The notes under the pieces: model-generated | Databases searched by the model: none | What the model was told of the DNA's origin: nothing | Seen by the model: only the letters and a program-made list of their open reading frames with translations | Shown here: positions 1-7,730 of the stretch, in pieces | How the letters are laid out: each line of letters opens with the position of its first letter | How positions within the stretch are numbered: position 1 is the stretch's first letter | Position numbers and translations under genes: made by a program | Assembly: GCF_035285525.1 (NCBI RefSeq) | Contig: NZ_JAYKGW010000161.1 | Coordinates: forward strand, 1-23,310 | DNA: 23,310 bases | Source of the DNA: Okeania sp. | GTDB lineage: Bacteria > Cyanobacteriota > Cyanobacteriia > Cyanobacteriales > Microcoleaceae | Reading direction: 5' to 3'

Positions 1-1961
1 TCATTTCCTGCCAAGGTGTCATCACCTGCTAAACCTGCAAGAGTATCATCGCCATCACCACCATCAAAATTATCATTAAACTCACCGCCTTCTACAGAAG
101 CATTACCTGTAACATCCTCAATATTGACTGTAACAGTGGCAGTAGCTTCCTCACTACCATCAGTAACAGTATATTCAAAAGTGTCAGTACCTGTACCAGA
201 CACTGCTGTGTATTGAACCTGAGTACCCAAATTTTTCAAAATACCATGCTCATGATTGCTCAGAGTATTAACTGATAGTTCATCTCCATCAACATCGCTG
301 TCATTTGCTAACAAATCAATTGTTAGCACATTCCCTAAATTAGTAAACACTGGTCCATCATTCCTAGCAACAGGAGGTTCATTGACAGGAGTAATATCAA
401 AACTGATGAACTGGGTGGCGGTATGATTTTCATCGTTGACAGTATAGGAAAAAGTACCAGCATCCCCATTAGCATTTTTCACAGGAACGAATCTGAGGTG
501 GGTGAGTTGATCTGTGGTTAGTTGTTGACTTATAGCAACAGCGGTATTATTTCGCGAGTATATTATTTTTCCTAGTTCAGGATCGGGAATACTCTTAACA
601 GTAATTGTGAGCTTATCTCCATCAGGATCGGTAGGAACAGGAATGTCTAACCTAATAGTCGTATCCTCATATAAGGCAATAGTTTTATCTTCTTCTACTT
701 CTGGTGGTCTACTGAAAGGAATCACTTCTACAGTAATAACATCTGAAATAGTAGCTATCTCACTATTAGCTGTTTCAGTTGAAGTTGCTGTCACAGTTAA
801 ATCAAAAGTTAATATCTCTGTTTGTTCTGCTGTAGAAGGAATCAGAGTTAAACCATCTAATTCTTCTACAGTTAATACCCAACTACCATCATCTTGAACT
901 GTTCCGTTAGAAAGAGTTGCTCCATCTGGTACACCAGAAATATTAATAGATAAAGTTTCGGAGTTATCAGTATCTACTAAACTAGAAGTAATACCTAGTG
1001 AAATGTCTTCATCTTGTTTGCCAGAAACAGAATTATTCGATATTTCTAAGTTAGGAGTATCAGCAACAGGAGTAACATTAATAGTCACGTTCGCTGTACT
1101 GGTTGATCCTGATGTGTCAGTTACAGTATAGGTAAAAGTTTCTGTACCACTGAAATTTTCATCAGGTGTGTAAATGAAACTATCATCTGTTTCTAATAAA
1201 GTTCCATTGTTGGTATTGTCCACAAAATCGGTAATTGTCAGTTTATCCCTATCTAGGTCTGTATCATTTGCCAACAACTTACGTTTATTAATGCCGATCG
1301 CCGTATCTTCGTTAGTTTCAACTTCATCATTATTTGCTACAGGACGACTATTGAGAGAAGAAAGAGAAATATCCCTAGCCTCTACTTCAACCCTTTCATC
1401 AATAATCCTCACTATATCATTCTCTTGCTGCAACCGTCTCACATCCTCCGAACTCAAAACATCACCGCGAACCAACGCTGCAAACCACTCACCCTCATCT
1501 CCTGGAGTATCTATTCTATTCAACTCCCAGTCAACTAAATGTCCGAACTCCTCTACCAATACATTCGCAACTTTCAGAGAACCCTGATTAATTAAACTAT
1601 CCGCCAAATAAACCTCACCAGTCAGAGACTCAAACCCACCCGCAGCACCATTCATTTGTTCTACTGATACAACATTGATCGGCGGTAAGTCCTCACCCCT
1701 TACCAATGATTCAATAATTGTTCGTCCCAAATCAACATTAGCAGACTCGCTAAAGACAGTTAACATATCCGTCTCAAAAGTTGCAGAGTCAGCAAAGTCA
1801 GCTAAATTATGCTGAACTTCAATCAACGCCTTTTTAATTATCCCCACTGCCATCAGTGGTTCTACTTCTACCTGCCCCTGAAAAAATATAGATGGGACAG
1901 CATTGACTTGTTCTTGCCCAAAAGTGGACATTATATTGAGCAATTCGATGTTATCTGTCAC
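1..1961 (-). CDS. Giant RTX / cadherin-like repeat exoprotein, N-terminal ~650 aa only; the 3' end of the gene lies beyond the left window edge
   Basis: My own minus-strand translation is open from 1961 to base 1 with no stop. The GTG at 1961 has GGAGGG 6 nt upstream, the first ATG is at 1931, and an in-frame TAG lies just upstream of 1961. The product begins (V)TDNIELLNIMSTFGQEQ and contains VLVEEFGHLVDWELNRIDTPGDEGEWFA. It then has repeated ~95-aa modules with cadherin-like signatures (LLANDTDLDRDKLTI, LLANDSDVDGDELSV) and ADTPNLEI...SGVPDGATLSNG modules. It ends at the edge in RTX nonapeptides (GGDGDDTLAGLAGDDTLAGN). It is missing from the ORF track because it has no stop in the window. 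Confidence 0.85.
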   Translation of the reverse strand, partial: MTDNIELLNIMSTFGQEQVNAVPSIFFQGQVEVEPLMAVGIIKKALIEVQHNLADFADSATFETDMLTVFSESANVDLGRTIIESLVRGEDLPPINVVSVEQMNGAAGGFESLTGEVYLADSLINQGSLKVANVLVEEFGHLVDWELNRIDTPGDEGEWFAALVRGDVLSSEDVRRLQQENDIVRIIDERVEVEARDISLSSLNSRPVANNDEVETNEDTAIGINKRKLLANDTDLDRDKLTITDFVDNTNNGTLLETDDSFIYTPDENFSGTETFTYTVTDTSGSTSTANVTINVTPVADTPNLEISNNSVSGKQDEDISLGITSSLVDTDNSETLSINISGVPDGATLSNGTVQDDGSWVLTVEELDGLTLIPSTAEQTEILTFDLTVTATSTETANSEIATISDVITVEVIPFSRPPEVEEDKTIALYEDTTIRLDIPVPTDPDGDKLTITVKSIPDPELGKIIYSRNNTAVAISQQLTTDQLTHLRFVPVKNANGDAGTFSYTVNDENHTATQFISFDITPVNEPPVARNDGPVFTNLGNVLTIDLLANDSDVDGDELSVNTLSNHEHGILKNLGTQVQYTAVSGTGTDTFEYTVTDGSEEATATVTVNIEDVTGNASVEGGEFNDNFDGGDGDDTLAGLAGDDTLAGN

Positions 1962-2130
1962 GGTTGTCCCTCCAGTAGATTGATATTTTGGAAATTGTTG
2001 CCAGTCATGCTACCACAATATAGGGCACATTGCTATATTTACACATTATTTTTTGTACGCCTTTTCTAGACAACACTTTAAGGTGGACACTGTAAATACC
2101 TAAGCGCTCATTGCTATAGATTAACTTACT

Positions 2131-2229
2131 TAGAAACCGGGTTGGTTTGGAATGTCACACCATACTAACGTCTACTTCCCACAAACCCGGTTTCTCATAA
2201 CACTTCTATTGCCAACGGATTTGATATTA
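2131..2229. mobile_element. Copy of the AGAAACCGGGTT ... GGATTTGATATTA repeat family
   Basis: TAGAAACCGGGTT (2131) pairs with AAACCCGGTTTCT (2183) as an inverted repeat. The element ends in CGGATTTGATATTA at 2229, overlapping the stop codon of the Uma2-like ORF. Confidence 0.6.
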
Positions 2230-2601
2230 GACAGAATCAGGATCGATCCCTAACTCTTTTAGTTTAGCAGCTAGACGTTCAGCACGTTGCTGTTGTTCTT
2301 CAGCACGTTGATGTTGTTGTTCGCCAAAGTCTAATACCAAGTTTCCTTGCTGGTCATAAAATCGTAACCATACTGCCGACTCATCTCGAATAGTTCCTTC
2401 CCAAGTACCTAACCATAACCCTAATTTATCGCACCACAACCATCCCTTATCATTTGGCTGTAACTCCTGATATTGATAATTTTTCAGATGCCATCCCTGT
2501 AATGATTTCGGGTCAAATGGATTAAAAATAAAATAATTTGTCGATAAATTTGGTCCTATTGAAATTCCTGAAAAAATACGCCAATAATTAGGAATTAACA
2601 A
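2227..2601 (-). CDS. Uma2-family (DUF820) endonuclease-like protein, probably an N-terminally truncated remnant
   Basis: 124-aa ORF with a TTG start and a TGA stop immediately upstream in frame. The core NYFIFNP...LGLWLGTWEG...WLRFYDQQGNLVL and the Q/E/R-rich tail ending KLKELGIDPD match the C-terminal half of cyanobacterial Uma2-type proteins as I remember them. The N-terminal PD-(D/E)xK catalytic half is absent. Its stop codon abuts a GGATTTGATATTA repeat terminus. Confidence 0.5.
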   Translation of the reverse strand: MLIPNYWRIFSGISIGPNLSTNYFIFNPFDPKSLQGWHLKNYQYQELQPNDKGWLWCDKLGLWLGTWEGTIRDESAVWLRFYDQQGNLVLDFGEQQHQRAEEQQQRAERLAAKLKELGIDPDSV

Positions 2602-2633
2602 TCAAACTAAGTTATCCTTAAAAATTGAAAATG

Positions 2634-3965
2634 CTAAATAATTTTCCTTCTTAATTTCACCATAAAAAATCCATCCATTTGTTCTCTATGAGGCCAAATT
2701 TTTATCCATCCTTCCGCACAAGATGAAACCATAAAGTCAACGTTTGGCTTTTCAATTTCCCACTCAGAATTATTAGTCAAAAATTCTTCAATAATTTCCT
2801 CGTTTTCTAAAGGATAAATTGTGCAAGTTGCATATACTAAAACACCTCCTGGCTTCACCCATTTAGCCGCAGTTTCTAACAATTCACTCTGAAGTTTTGC
2901 TAATTCTTGAATATTCTCTAAAGTTTGTCTCCACCTCGCATCTGCCCGACGGTGTAATGTTCCTAAACCAGAACAAGGTACGTCTAATAAAACTCGGTCT
3001 GCCTGATTAATAAATTGTGGTAAATTTCGACTATCACCTGTAGAAATAGAAATAGAATTTAACTGCAATCTTTCGGCATTTTGCTCTAACTTTTTCAGTC
3101 GAGAAGCAGTTTTATCAATACCAAAAACTTTACCATTATCTCCCATTAATTCTGCTATATGAGTTGTCTTGCCTCCAGGAGCAGCACAAGCATCAATTAT
3201 TATTTCTCCTGGTTGAGGATTTAATAAATAACTAACTAATTGAGCGCTACTATCTTGAATTGACCACCAACCTTGGTTATAACCTGGTAATTTTTGTATT
3301 TGTCCGATGGCTCCAGTTAATCTTAATGCTTGGGGAAGTTGGGAAATTCTGCTAACTGAAATACCTGTATTTTTCAGAGCTGTTTCTACTTCTTCTAAAG
3401 AGGTTTTGAGGGGATTAATTCTTAAATCAATACTTGGAGATTTATTGAACCAAGCACATAATTTTTCAGCTTCATTTAAACCTAATTTTTCTATCCAATA
3501 TGCAATTATCCAGTCAGGAAAACTATAGGATATTCCTAATTTTTTCACTGGATTTTTAGGTAGATTTATTGTCAAGTCGCGCCGAATATATTCTCGGAGT
3601 AAACCATTAACAAAACCAGCTAATTTAGCAAACTTATTTTGTTTAGCTAACTCAACCGTTGTATCAACTGCTGCCGATTCTGGAATTTGTTCTAAATAAG
3701 ATAATTGATATAAACCAATATGGAGAATTAGGCGTAAATCTGGGTGTTGTTGATGAGACTTCTTTTTAGCTAATTCGTCGATAATAGCATCAAGCGATCG
3801 CTGTCTTCTGACACAACCATAAACTAATTCTGTAACTAATCGACGGTTAGCATCAATTAAGTCATTTTTTCTGAGATATTTATCTAAAGCAAAATCAGCA
3901 AAAGCTTGTTTTCGATATATTTCTTGGAGGATGATTAAAGTTAATTGACGTGGGTTATTATTCAC
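2634..3965 (-). CDS. rsmB: 16S rRNA (cytosine967-C5)-methyltransferase RsmB (NusB-like N-domain plus NOL1/NOP2/Sun methyltransferase)
   Basis: 443-aa ORF with a GTG start. It carries the SAM-binding motif DACAAPGGKT, the catalytic motif IV DVPCSGLGT and motif VI YATCT. The N-terminal NusB-like region contains TELVYGCVR. Confidence 0.9.
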   Translation of the reverse strand: MNNNPRQLTLIILQEIYRKQAFADFALDKYLRKNDLIDANRRLVTELVYGCVRRQRSLDAIIDELAKKKSHQQHPDLRLILHIGLYQLSYLEQIPESAAVDTTVELAKQNKFAKLAGFVNGLLREYIRRDLTINLPKNPVKKLGISYSFPDWIIAYWIEKLGLNEAEKLCAWFNKSPSIDLRINPLKTSLEEVETALKNTGISVSRISQLPQALRLTGAIGQIQKLPGYNQGWWSIQDSSAQLVSYLLNPQPGEIIIDACAAPGGKTTHIAELMGDNGKVFGIDKTASRLKKLEQNAERLQLNSISISTGDSRNLPQFINQADRVLLDVPCSGLGTLHRRADARWRQTLENIQELAKLQSELLETAAKWVKPGGVLVYATCTIYPLENEEIIEEFLTNNSEWEIEKPNVDFMVSSCAEGWIKIWPHREQMDGFFMVKLRRKII

Positions 3966-4376
3966 TGAAATTAATTCGCAAAAATCTAGGTTTTTTTATA
4001 TTTTGACGATAATTATAGCATGATTTGGAGTTATATCAAATGCGGTAGGATGCGGTGTAAAAAGAATGTGGAAAAGGAGTGAAGTGTCGAGAGTATAGGG
4101 AGATTTGGTAATGATTGAAAATAGAACATTTTTTTCTACCGACCTAACCGGATAGTTACTATGTCGAAGTCATTGCGACGGTCACTTCGTGGAAGGAAGC
4201 AATCTCTTAAAACCTTGAGATTGCTTGCTATCGTCGATAGGGGCAAATGTTCAATTGGATTCTTTTTTTTAAGAGAAAATATAACAATTTATTTGGGTGA
4301 GGAAAAAACCCAAAGAACCAGCTAAAAATTAACAACCTGAAAATTGCTATAATGAATAAAAAAATCAGGATAAATT

Positions 4377-5747
4377 ATGATGAATTTTAAATTGACTAAT
4401 CAAACAAAAAATACCACTAAATTAAATTATCGAGTGTTGATTGAACCTATAAAATTATTTTATAAAACCAAACAAAAACCACTTGATATTCTCTATTGTT
4501 TGATCACAAAAACAAGCAGAATATTATTCCGCAGTGCCATGGCGATCGCTCTCTTAGGAACTGTAAGTTGTGTCACCAAAGTTGAACTTGAATCTTCCAG
4601 TGTTGCTCAGGAGAAAAACAAACCCACTGTAAATTCAACTGTAAATTCATCCGTCTCCAATACTGAAAATATCGCCTCCACTTCAGGTTATCAAAAAATA
4701 ACTGTAGTCGAAAATCTCGAACATCCCTGGGGTATGGCCTGGTTGCCCGATGGAGCAATCCTCATTACCGAAAGACCAGGGCGGTTGCGTATTGTTCGTA
4801 ATGGGATTTTAGACCCCACTCCCATTGCCGGAGTTCCTCCAGTTTTTGCAGTCAGTCAAGGTGGTTTATTAGATATCTCAGTTCACCCACGCTTTGCAGA
4901 AAATCGTTGGATATATTTAACCTATTCCCACGGCGATCACTCCGCCAACCGCACTCGCATTGCCCGCGCTCGACTGGAGAATAATACTCTGGGAAATTTA
5001 AAGGTAATCTTTGAAGTTTCCCAAACCAAACCAGGGGCACAACATTTTGGATCGCGGATGGTTTGGTTGCCAGACGGAACTCTGGTGGCAAACATTGGTG
5101 ATGGTGGCAACCCACCTATTGAGTTTAATGGTGAATTTATCCGCCAACAAGCTCAAAACCGCAATAGTCACTTGGGGAAAACAATCAGATTAAATGACGA
5201 TGGTTCCATACCTGCCAATAATCCTTTTGCTAACGCTACAGATGCCAAACCTGCTGTCTGGAGTTATGGTCATCGCAATATTCAGGGAATGACATTAGAT
5301 CCGACAAAAAATAGAATCTGGGCAACTGAACATGGTTCCAGAGGTGGTGACGAACTAAATTTAATTGAAGCCGGCGAAAACTATGGTTGGCCTGTAGTTA
5401 CCCACAGTCGAGAATATTCGGGAGGACTCATTTCCCCCGAAACATCTCGCCCTGGTTTGATAGACCCCAAAGTGATCTGGACTCCTTCCATAGCTCCCTC
5501 TGGTTTAGCTTTTTATAACGGCGATCGCTTTCCCCAATGGCGAGGAAATTTGTTTGCAGGTGGGTTAGTTTCCCAAGATGTTCGTCGCATTGAGTTAGAT
5601 GCAGCAGGTAATGTTATCGGTCAACATTCTATTCCGGTTGGTCAGAGAGTTCGGGATGTGCGACAAGGACCTGATGGACTATTGTATATTCTCACTGATC
5701 GAACAAACGGACAGTTAATTAGGTTGGAACCATCAGGTAATGAATAA
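4377..5747 (+). CDS. PQQ-dependent soluble sugar (glucose/sorbosone) dehydrogenase, YliI/Asd-like beta-propeller, probably exported
   Basis: 456-aa ORF with LEHPWGMAWLPDGAILITERPGRLRIV, GGLLDISVHP, GSRMVWLPDG, WSYGHRNIQG, ENYGWP and SIAPSGLAFY, typical of this family. The N-terminus holds a hydrophobic segment ending LLGTVSC, which is lipobox-like. The true start may be the in-frame ATG at 4539 rather than 4377. Confidence 0.88.
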   Translation: MMNFKLTNQTKNTTKLNYRVLIEPIKLFYKTKQKPLDILYCLITKTSRILFRSAMAIALLGTVSCVTKVELESSSVAQEKNKPTVNSTVNSSVSNTENIASTSGYQKITVVENLEHPWGMAWLPDGAILITERPGRLRIVRNGILDPTPIAGVPPVFAVSQGGLLDISVHPRFAENRWIYLTYSHGDHSANRTRIARARLENNTLGNLKVIFEVSQTKPGAQHFGSRMVWLPDGTLVANIGDGGNPPIEFNGEFIRQQAQNRNSHLGKTIRLNDDGSIPANNPFANATDAKPAVWSYGHRNIQGMTLDPTKNRIWATEHGSRGGDELNLIEAGENYGWPVVTHSREYSGGLISPETSRPGLIDPKVIWTPSIAPSGLAFYNGDRFPQWRGNLFAGGLVSQDVRRIELDAAGNVIGQHSIPVGQRVRDVRQGPDGLLYILTDRTNGQLIRLEPSGNE

Positions 5748-5757
5748 CGAATAATTA

Positions 5758-5848
5758 CAGGATTTACGCAGCGACCCTAGATATAGTGCTTAAAACTATT
5801 GCACAATCGTTTTTTAACTCTATATATAGTACCTTTGCGTAAGTCCTG
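5758..5848. mobile_element. MITE-like element, AGGACTTACGCA-terminus family (copy A)
   Basis: The termini CAGGATTTACGCA (5758) and TGCGTAAGTCCTG (5848) are inverted repeats. It is flanked by the direct duplication AATTA at 5753..5757 and 5849..5853. The internal sequence is homologous to the copy at 9349..9510. Confidence 0.75.
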
Positions 5849-5999
5849 AATTATAGCGCTGTGCGCAGGGAACACTTAACTGGGAATGGGGAACAGGGAG
5901 AATAAATTGCTTATAATATAAGGTTTTGAGCGGCTTGGACACCTCCTACAATTTGTAAATATACCAGCGCACATTGCTATTATAATTAATAATGAATAT

Positions 6000-6110
6000 A
6001 GGACTTACGCAAAATCTCAATTTTTACACCACCTGTAGGGGCGTTTCATGTCGCGGAGCGCGATACGGCAGTTCGCCCCTACTAAGGATAGTGGTTCTGC
6101 GTAAGTCCTG
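6000..6110. mobile_element. MITE-like element, AGGACTTACGCA-terminus family (copy B)
   Basis: Termini are AGGACTTACGCA and TGCGTAAGTCCTG. There is an internal GTAGGGGCG...CGCCCCTAC hairpin. It is flanked by a 7-bp direct duplication TGAATAT at 5993..5999 and 6111..6117. Confidence 0.75.
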
Positions 6111-6117
6111 TGAATAT

Positions 6118-6205
6118 AGGACTAAAGCCATGAGGTAGGAAAAACAGGGGTTTGAGATTGCTTCCCGACCGTCGTATCGGACGAAAATACGTTGCAGTTG
6201 CGTAA
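6118..6205. mobile_element. MITE-like element, variant terminus AGGACTAAAGCCATG (copy C, right end truncated)
   Basis: It is near-identical over ~85 bp to 11708..11800 (GAGGTAGGAAAAACAGGG.TTTGAGATTGCTTCCCGACCGTCGTATCGGACGAAAATACGTT). The right terminus is degraded to TTGCGTAA. Confidence 0.7.
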
Positions 6206-6252
6206 ATTTTATTTTCAATTTCTGGAGTTGGGGGAATATTTTCTAATTCTTC

Positions 6253-6356
6253 AGGACTAAAGCCACGCGAACCCAGAAACCCGGTACGAGCGTAGATTAT
6301 TACTGTTCAAAACAACGATTTATCCTAGAAAACGGGTTCCTCCCTTGTAAGTCCTG
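6253..6356. mobile_element. MITE-like element (copy D), AGGACTAAAGCC / GTAAGTCCT termini with internal AGAAACCCGG motifs
   Basis: It aligns with 7436..7538 through AACCCAGAAACCCGG ... AAAACAACGATTTATCCTAGAA.CCGGGTTCCTCCC.TGTAAGTCCT. Confidence 0.7.
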
Positions 6357-6377
6357 GTCTTGAATAGTGATTTGTAC

Positions 6378-6462
6378 AGGACTTACGCAGAAACTGGGTC
6401 GATCAACAAAATCTCGTGATTTGAACTGAACCCAGAAACCGGGTTCCTCCCTTGTAAGTCCT
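6378..6462. mobile_element. MITE-like element (copy E), AGGACTTACGCA family
   Basis: The left terminus is AGGACTTACGCAG and the right is CCCTTGTAAGTCCT. TTGTA occurs on both flanks, at 6372..6376 and 6464..6468. Confidence 0.65.
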
Positions 6463-6531
6463 ATTGTAATTTGTCTCTAGGGATTTCTAATTGATAGCGA
6501 TCGCTTTGGGAAGAAAAACCTAACCCCCCAA

Positions 6532-6556
6532 CCCCCTTCCCTGCGAGGGAAGGGGG
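6532..6556. repeat. GC-rich hairpin CCCCCTTCCCTGCGAGGGAAGGGGG
   Basis: It has a perfect 11-bp stem around a GCG loop. I recognise it as a common Nostocales intergenic repeat type. Confidence 0.6.
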
Positions 6557-6633
6557 AGAAAGAAATAATATCAAATCTGCTTAATTGCACATAAAATATG
6601 ATATATGTTTGTAATTTAAGAAATTACTTCAAT

Positions 6634-6671
6634 CCCCCATCTCCCCATCTCCCCATCACCCCATCCCCTCC
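6634..6671. repeat. STRR-like short tandem repeat, octamer CCCCATCT x ~4
   Basis: Read directly: CCCCCATCT CCCCATCT CCCCATCA CCCCATCC CCTCC. Confidence 0.8.
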
Positions 6672-6713
6672 AACTATATAATAAGTATTCAACCGGATTT
6701 GATATAATACCAT

Positions 6714-6825
6714 CAGAAACCGGGTTTGTTTTAAATCCCCCACTGTATAACATCTAGCTCTCACAAACCTGGTTTCTTATATTACTCCGATTTATCGGGA
6801 ACCGTAGCTAGCGGATTTGATATTA
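6714..6825. mobile_element. Second small repeat family: AGAAACCGGGTT ... ACAAACC(C/T)GGTTTCT ... CGGATTTGATATTA
   Basis: It has the same architecture and motifs as 2131..2229. The GGATTTGATAT(T/A)A terminus also occurs at 6695..6708 and, inverted, at 7617..7629. Confidence 0.6.
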
Positions 6826-6855
6826 GAAGGAATTAAATATTAACTCAAATGGGTT

Positions 6856-7422
6856 TTATAGTCGTGTTGCTATAACTTCAATTTCTACCAACCAACCAGG
6901 ATTAGCTAATCCAGCAACCTGCATAACAGAGCGAGCTGGTAATTTTGGTTGTTCCTCAGTTCCAAAAAATTGTGTGTATCCCTTCATAAATCCCCTAAAA
7001 TCAAGGCGTCTGTCTAGTGCCGGATCGCCAACCAAAAAGACCTGCATTTTCACCACATCTCCTAGAGTTAAGTCTAAATCCTCTAGGATATTCTGAATGC
7101 GTTTGAGAACTTCAACAGTTTGAGTTTCAGTATCTCCGAAGGCAGCTATTGTCGTTTTATCAGCTTGATCATTTACAATAGGAGGAACTTGACCACTCAG
7201 ATAAACCTGTTTAGCACTAGAAGGAACTTCTACAGCTCTGGCGATCGGAAAACTAGAACCAGGAATGGGATGTCGAATAATCACATCGTCTATAGCTTGG
7301 GTTCTAGACAAAGTTAGTAAAGGTAAAATAACAGCTAAAAAAACAATGATAGCTTTAGACCAAAGTTTTCTCATGTCAAACTGACCAAGTGTAGATAGTA
7401 TTGTATTTTTCTTCATTTTCAT
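6856..7422 (-). CDS. RidA / YjgF / endoribonuclease L-PSP family protein (2-iminoacid deaminase type) with an N-terminal signal peptide
   Basis: 188-aa ORF with VYLSGQVPP, TETQTVEVLKRIQNILEDLDLTLGDVVKMQVFL, and PARSVMQVAGLANPGWLVEIEVIA, which retains the conserved Arg of deaminase-competent Rid proteins. The N-terminus MRKLWSKAIIVFLAVILPLLTLSRTQA is signal-peptide-like. The true start may be the ATG at 7374 rather than 7422. Confidence 0.85.
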   Translation of the reverse strand: MKMKKNTILSTLGQFDMRKLWSKAIIVFLAVILPLLTLSRTQAIDDVIIRHPIPGSSFPIARAVEVPSSAKQVYLSGQVPPIVNDQADKTTIAAFGDTETQTVEVLKRIQNILEDLDLTLGDVVKMQVFLVGDPALDRRLDFRGFMKGYTQFFGTEEQPKLPARSVMQVAGLANPGWLVEIEVIATRL

Positions 7423-7435
7423 TATTTATACCTAT

Positions 7436-7538
7436 CAGGACTTACGCAGATGAACCCAGAAACCCGGTTTCTCCTAGACTTCATATTGCTTAAAACAACG
7501 ATTTATCCTAGAAGCCGGGTTCCTCCCGTGTAAGTCCT
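7436..7538. mobile_element. MITE-like element (copy F), AGGACTTACGCA family
   Basis: It runs CAGGACTTACGCAG ... CCCGTGTAAGTCCT and is flanked by a perfect 6-bp duplication ACCTAT at 7430..7435 and 7539..7544. It sits 14 nt upstream of the longest RidA start. Confidence 0.8.
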
Positions 7539-7616
7539 ACCTATTTAGGATTGCTATATTGAACAATATCTATTGTTACATAATGTTTGGAGAATACAGC
7601 ACTTGCCGTTACCTGT

Positions 7617-7730
7617 AATATCAAATCCAATAAAAAACCAGAGAAACCGGGTTTTTCGGATAAATCGTTGTTTTTAACAATCAACATTGACAAAAAAATC
7701 GGTTTCTAGGTTTACATGGCTTTAGTCCTG
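7617..7730. mobile_element. MITE-like element (copy G, minus orientation), CAGGACTAAAGCCATG terminus at 7730 and GGATTTGATATTA terminus at 7617
   Basis: The reverse complement reads CAGGACTAAAGCCATGTAAACCTAGAAACCG ... AAAACAACGATTTATCCGAAAAACCCGGTTTCTC ... GGATTTGATATTA, parallel to copies D and F. Its terminus overlaps the last codons and stop of the oxidase gene. Confidence 0.6.

Noticed and set aside
16-1587. Three plus-strand ORFs (16..216, 607..897, 1174..1587) encoding Ser/Val/Thr-rich low-complexity peptides
   Set aside because: They lie antisense to the long, motif-rich minus-strand RTX/cadherin gene. Their composition is the expected mirror of its Asp/Thr/Glu-rich repeats.
1809-2069. 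86-aa plus-strand ORF
   Set aside because: It overlaps the 5' end and start region of the RTX gene on the opposite strand. It has no recognisable motif and is rich in Cys, His and Phe, like random AT-rich sequence.
3307-3528. 73-aa plus-strand ORF inside rsmB
   Set aside because: It is antisense to a confidently identified gene and shows no motif.
4160-4240. Hairpins CGAAGTCATTGCGACGGTCACTTCG and GAAGCAATCTC...GAGATTGCTTGC upstream of the PQQ dehydrogenase gene; considered as a riboswitch or leader
   Set aside because: The right half resembles the internal GAGATTGCTTCCCGACCGTCGTATCGG segment of MITE copies C and J. It is more likely a degraded repeat than a dedicated regulatory RNA.
4573-5193. 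ORFs 4573..4758 (-), 4852..5115 (-) and 5011..5193 (+) inside the PQQ dehydrogenase gene
   Set aside because: They are alternative-frame or antisense shadows of a confidently identified gene.
6024-6218. 64-aa minus-strand ORF (..QRIFVRYDGREAISNPCFSYLMA..)
   Set aside because: It is composed entirely of MITE copies B and C. The same peptide string reappears as the false N-terminal extension at 11658..11822, so it is a repeat read-through, not a gene.
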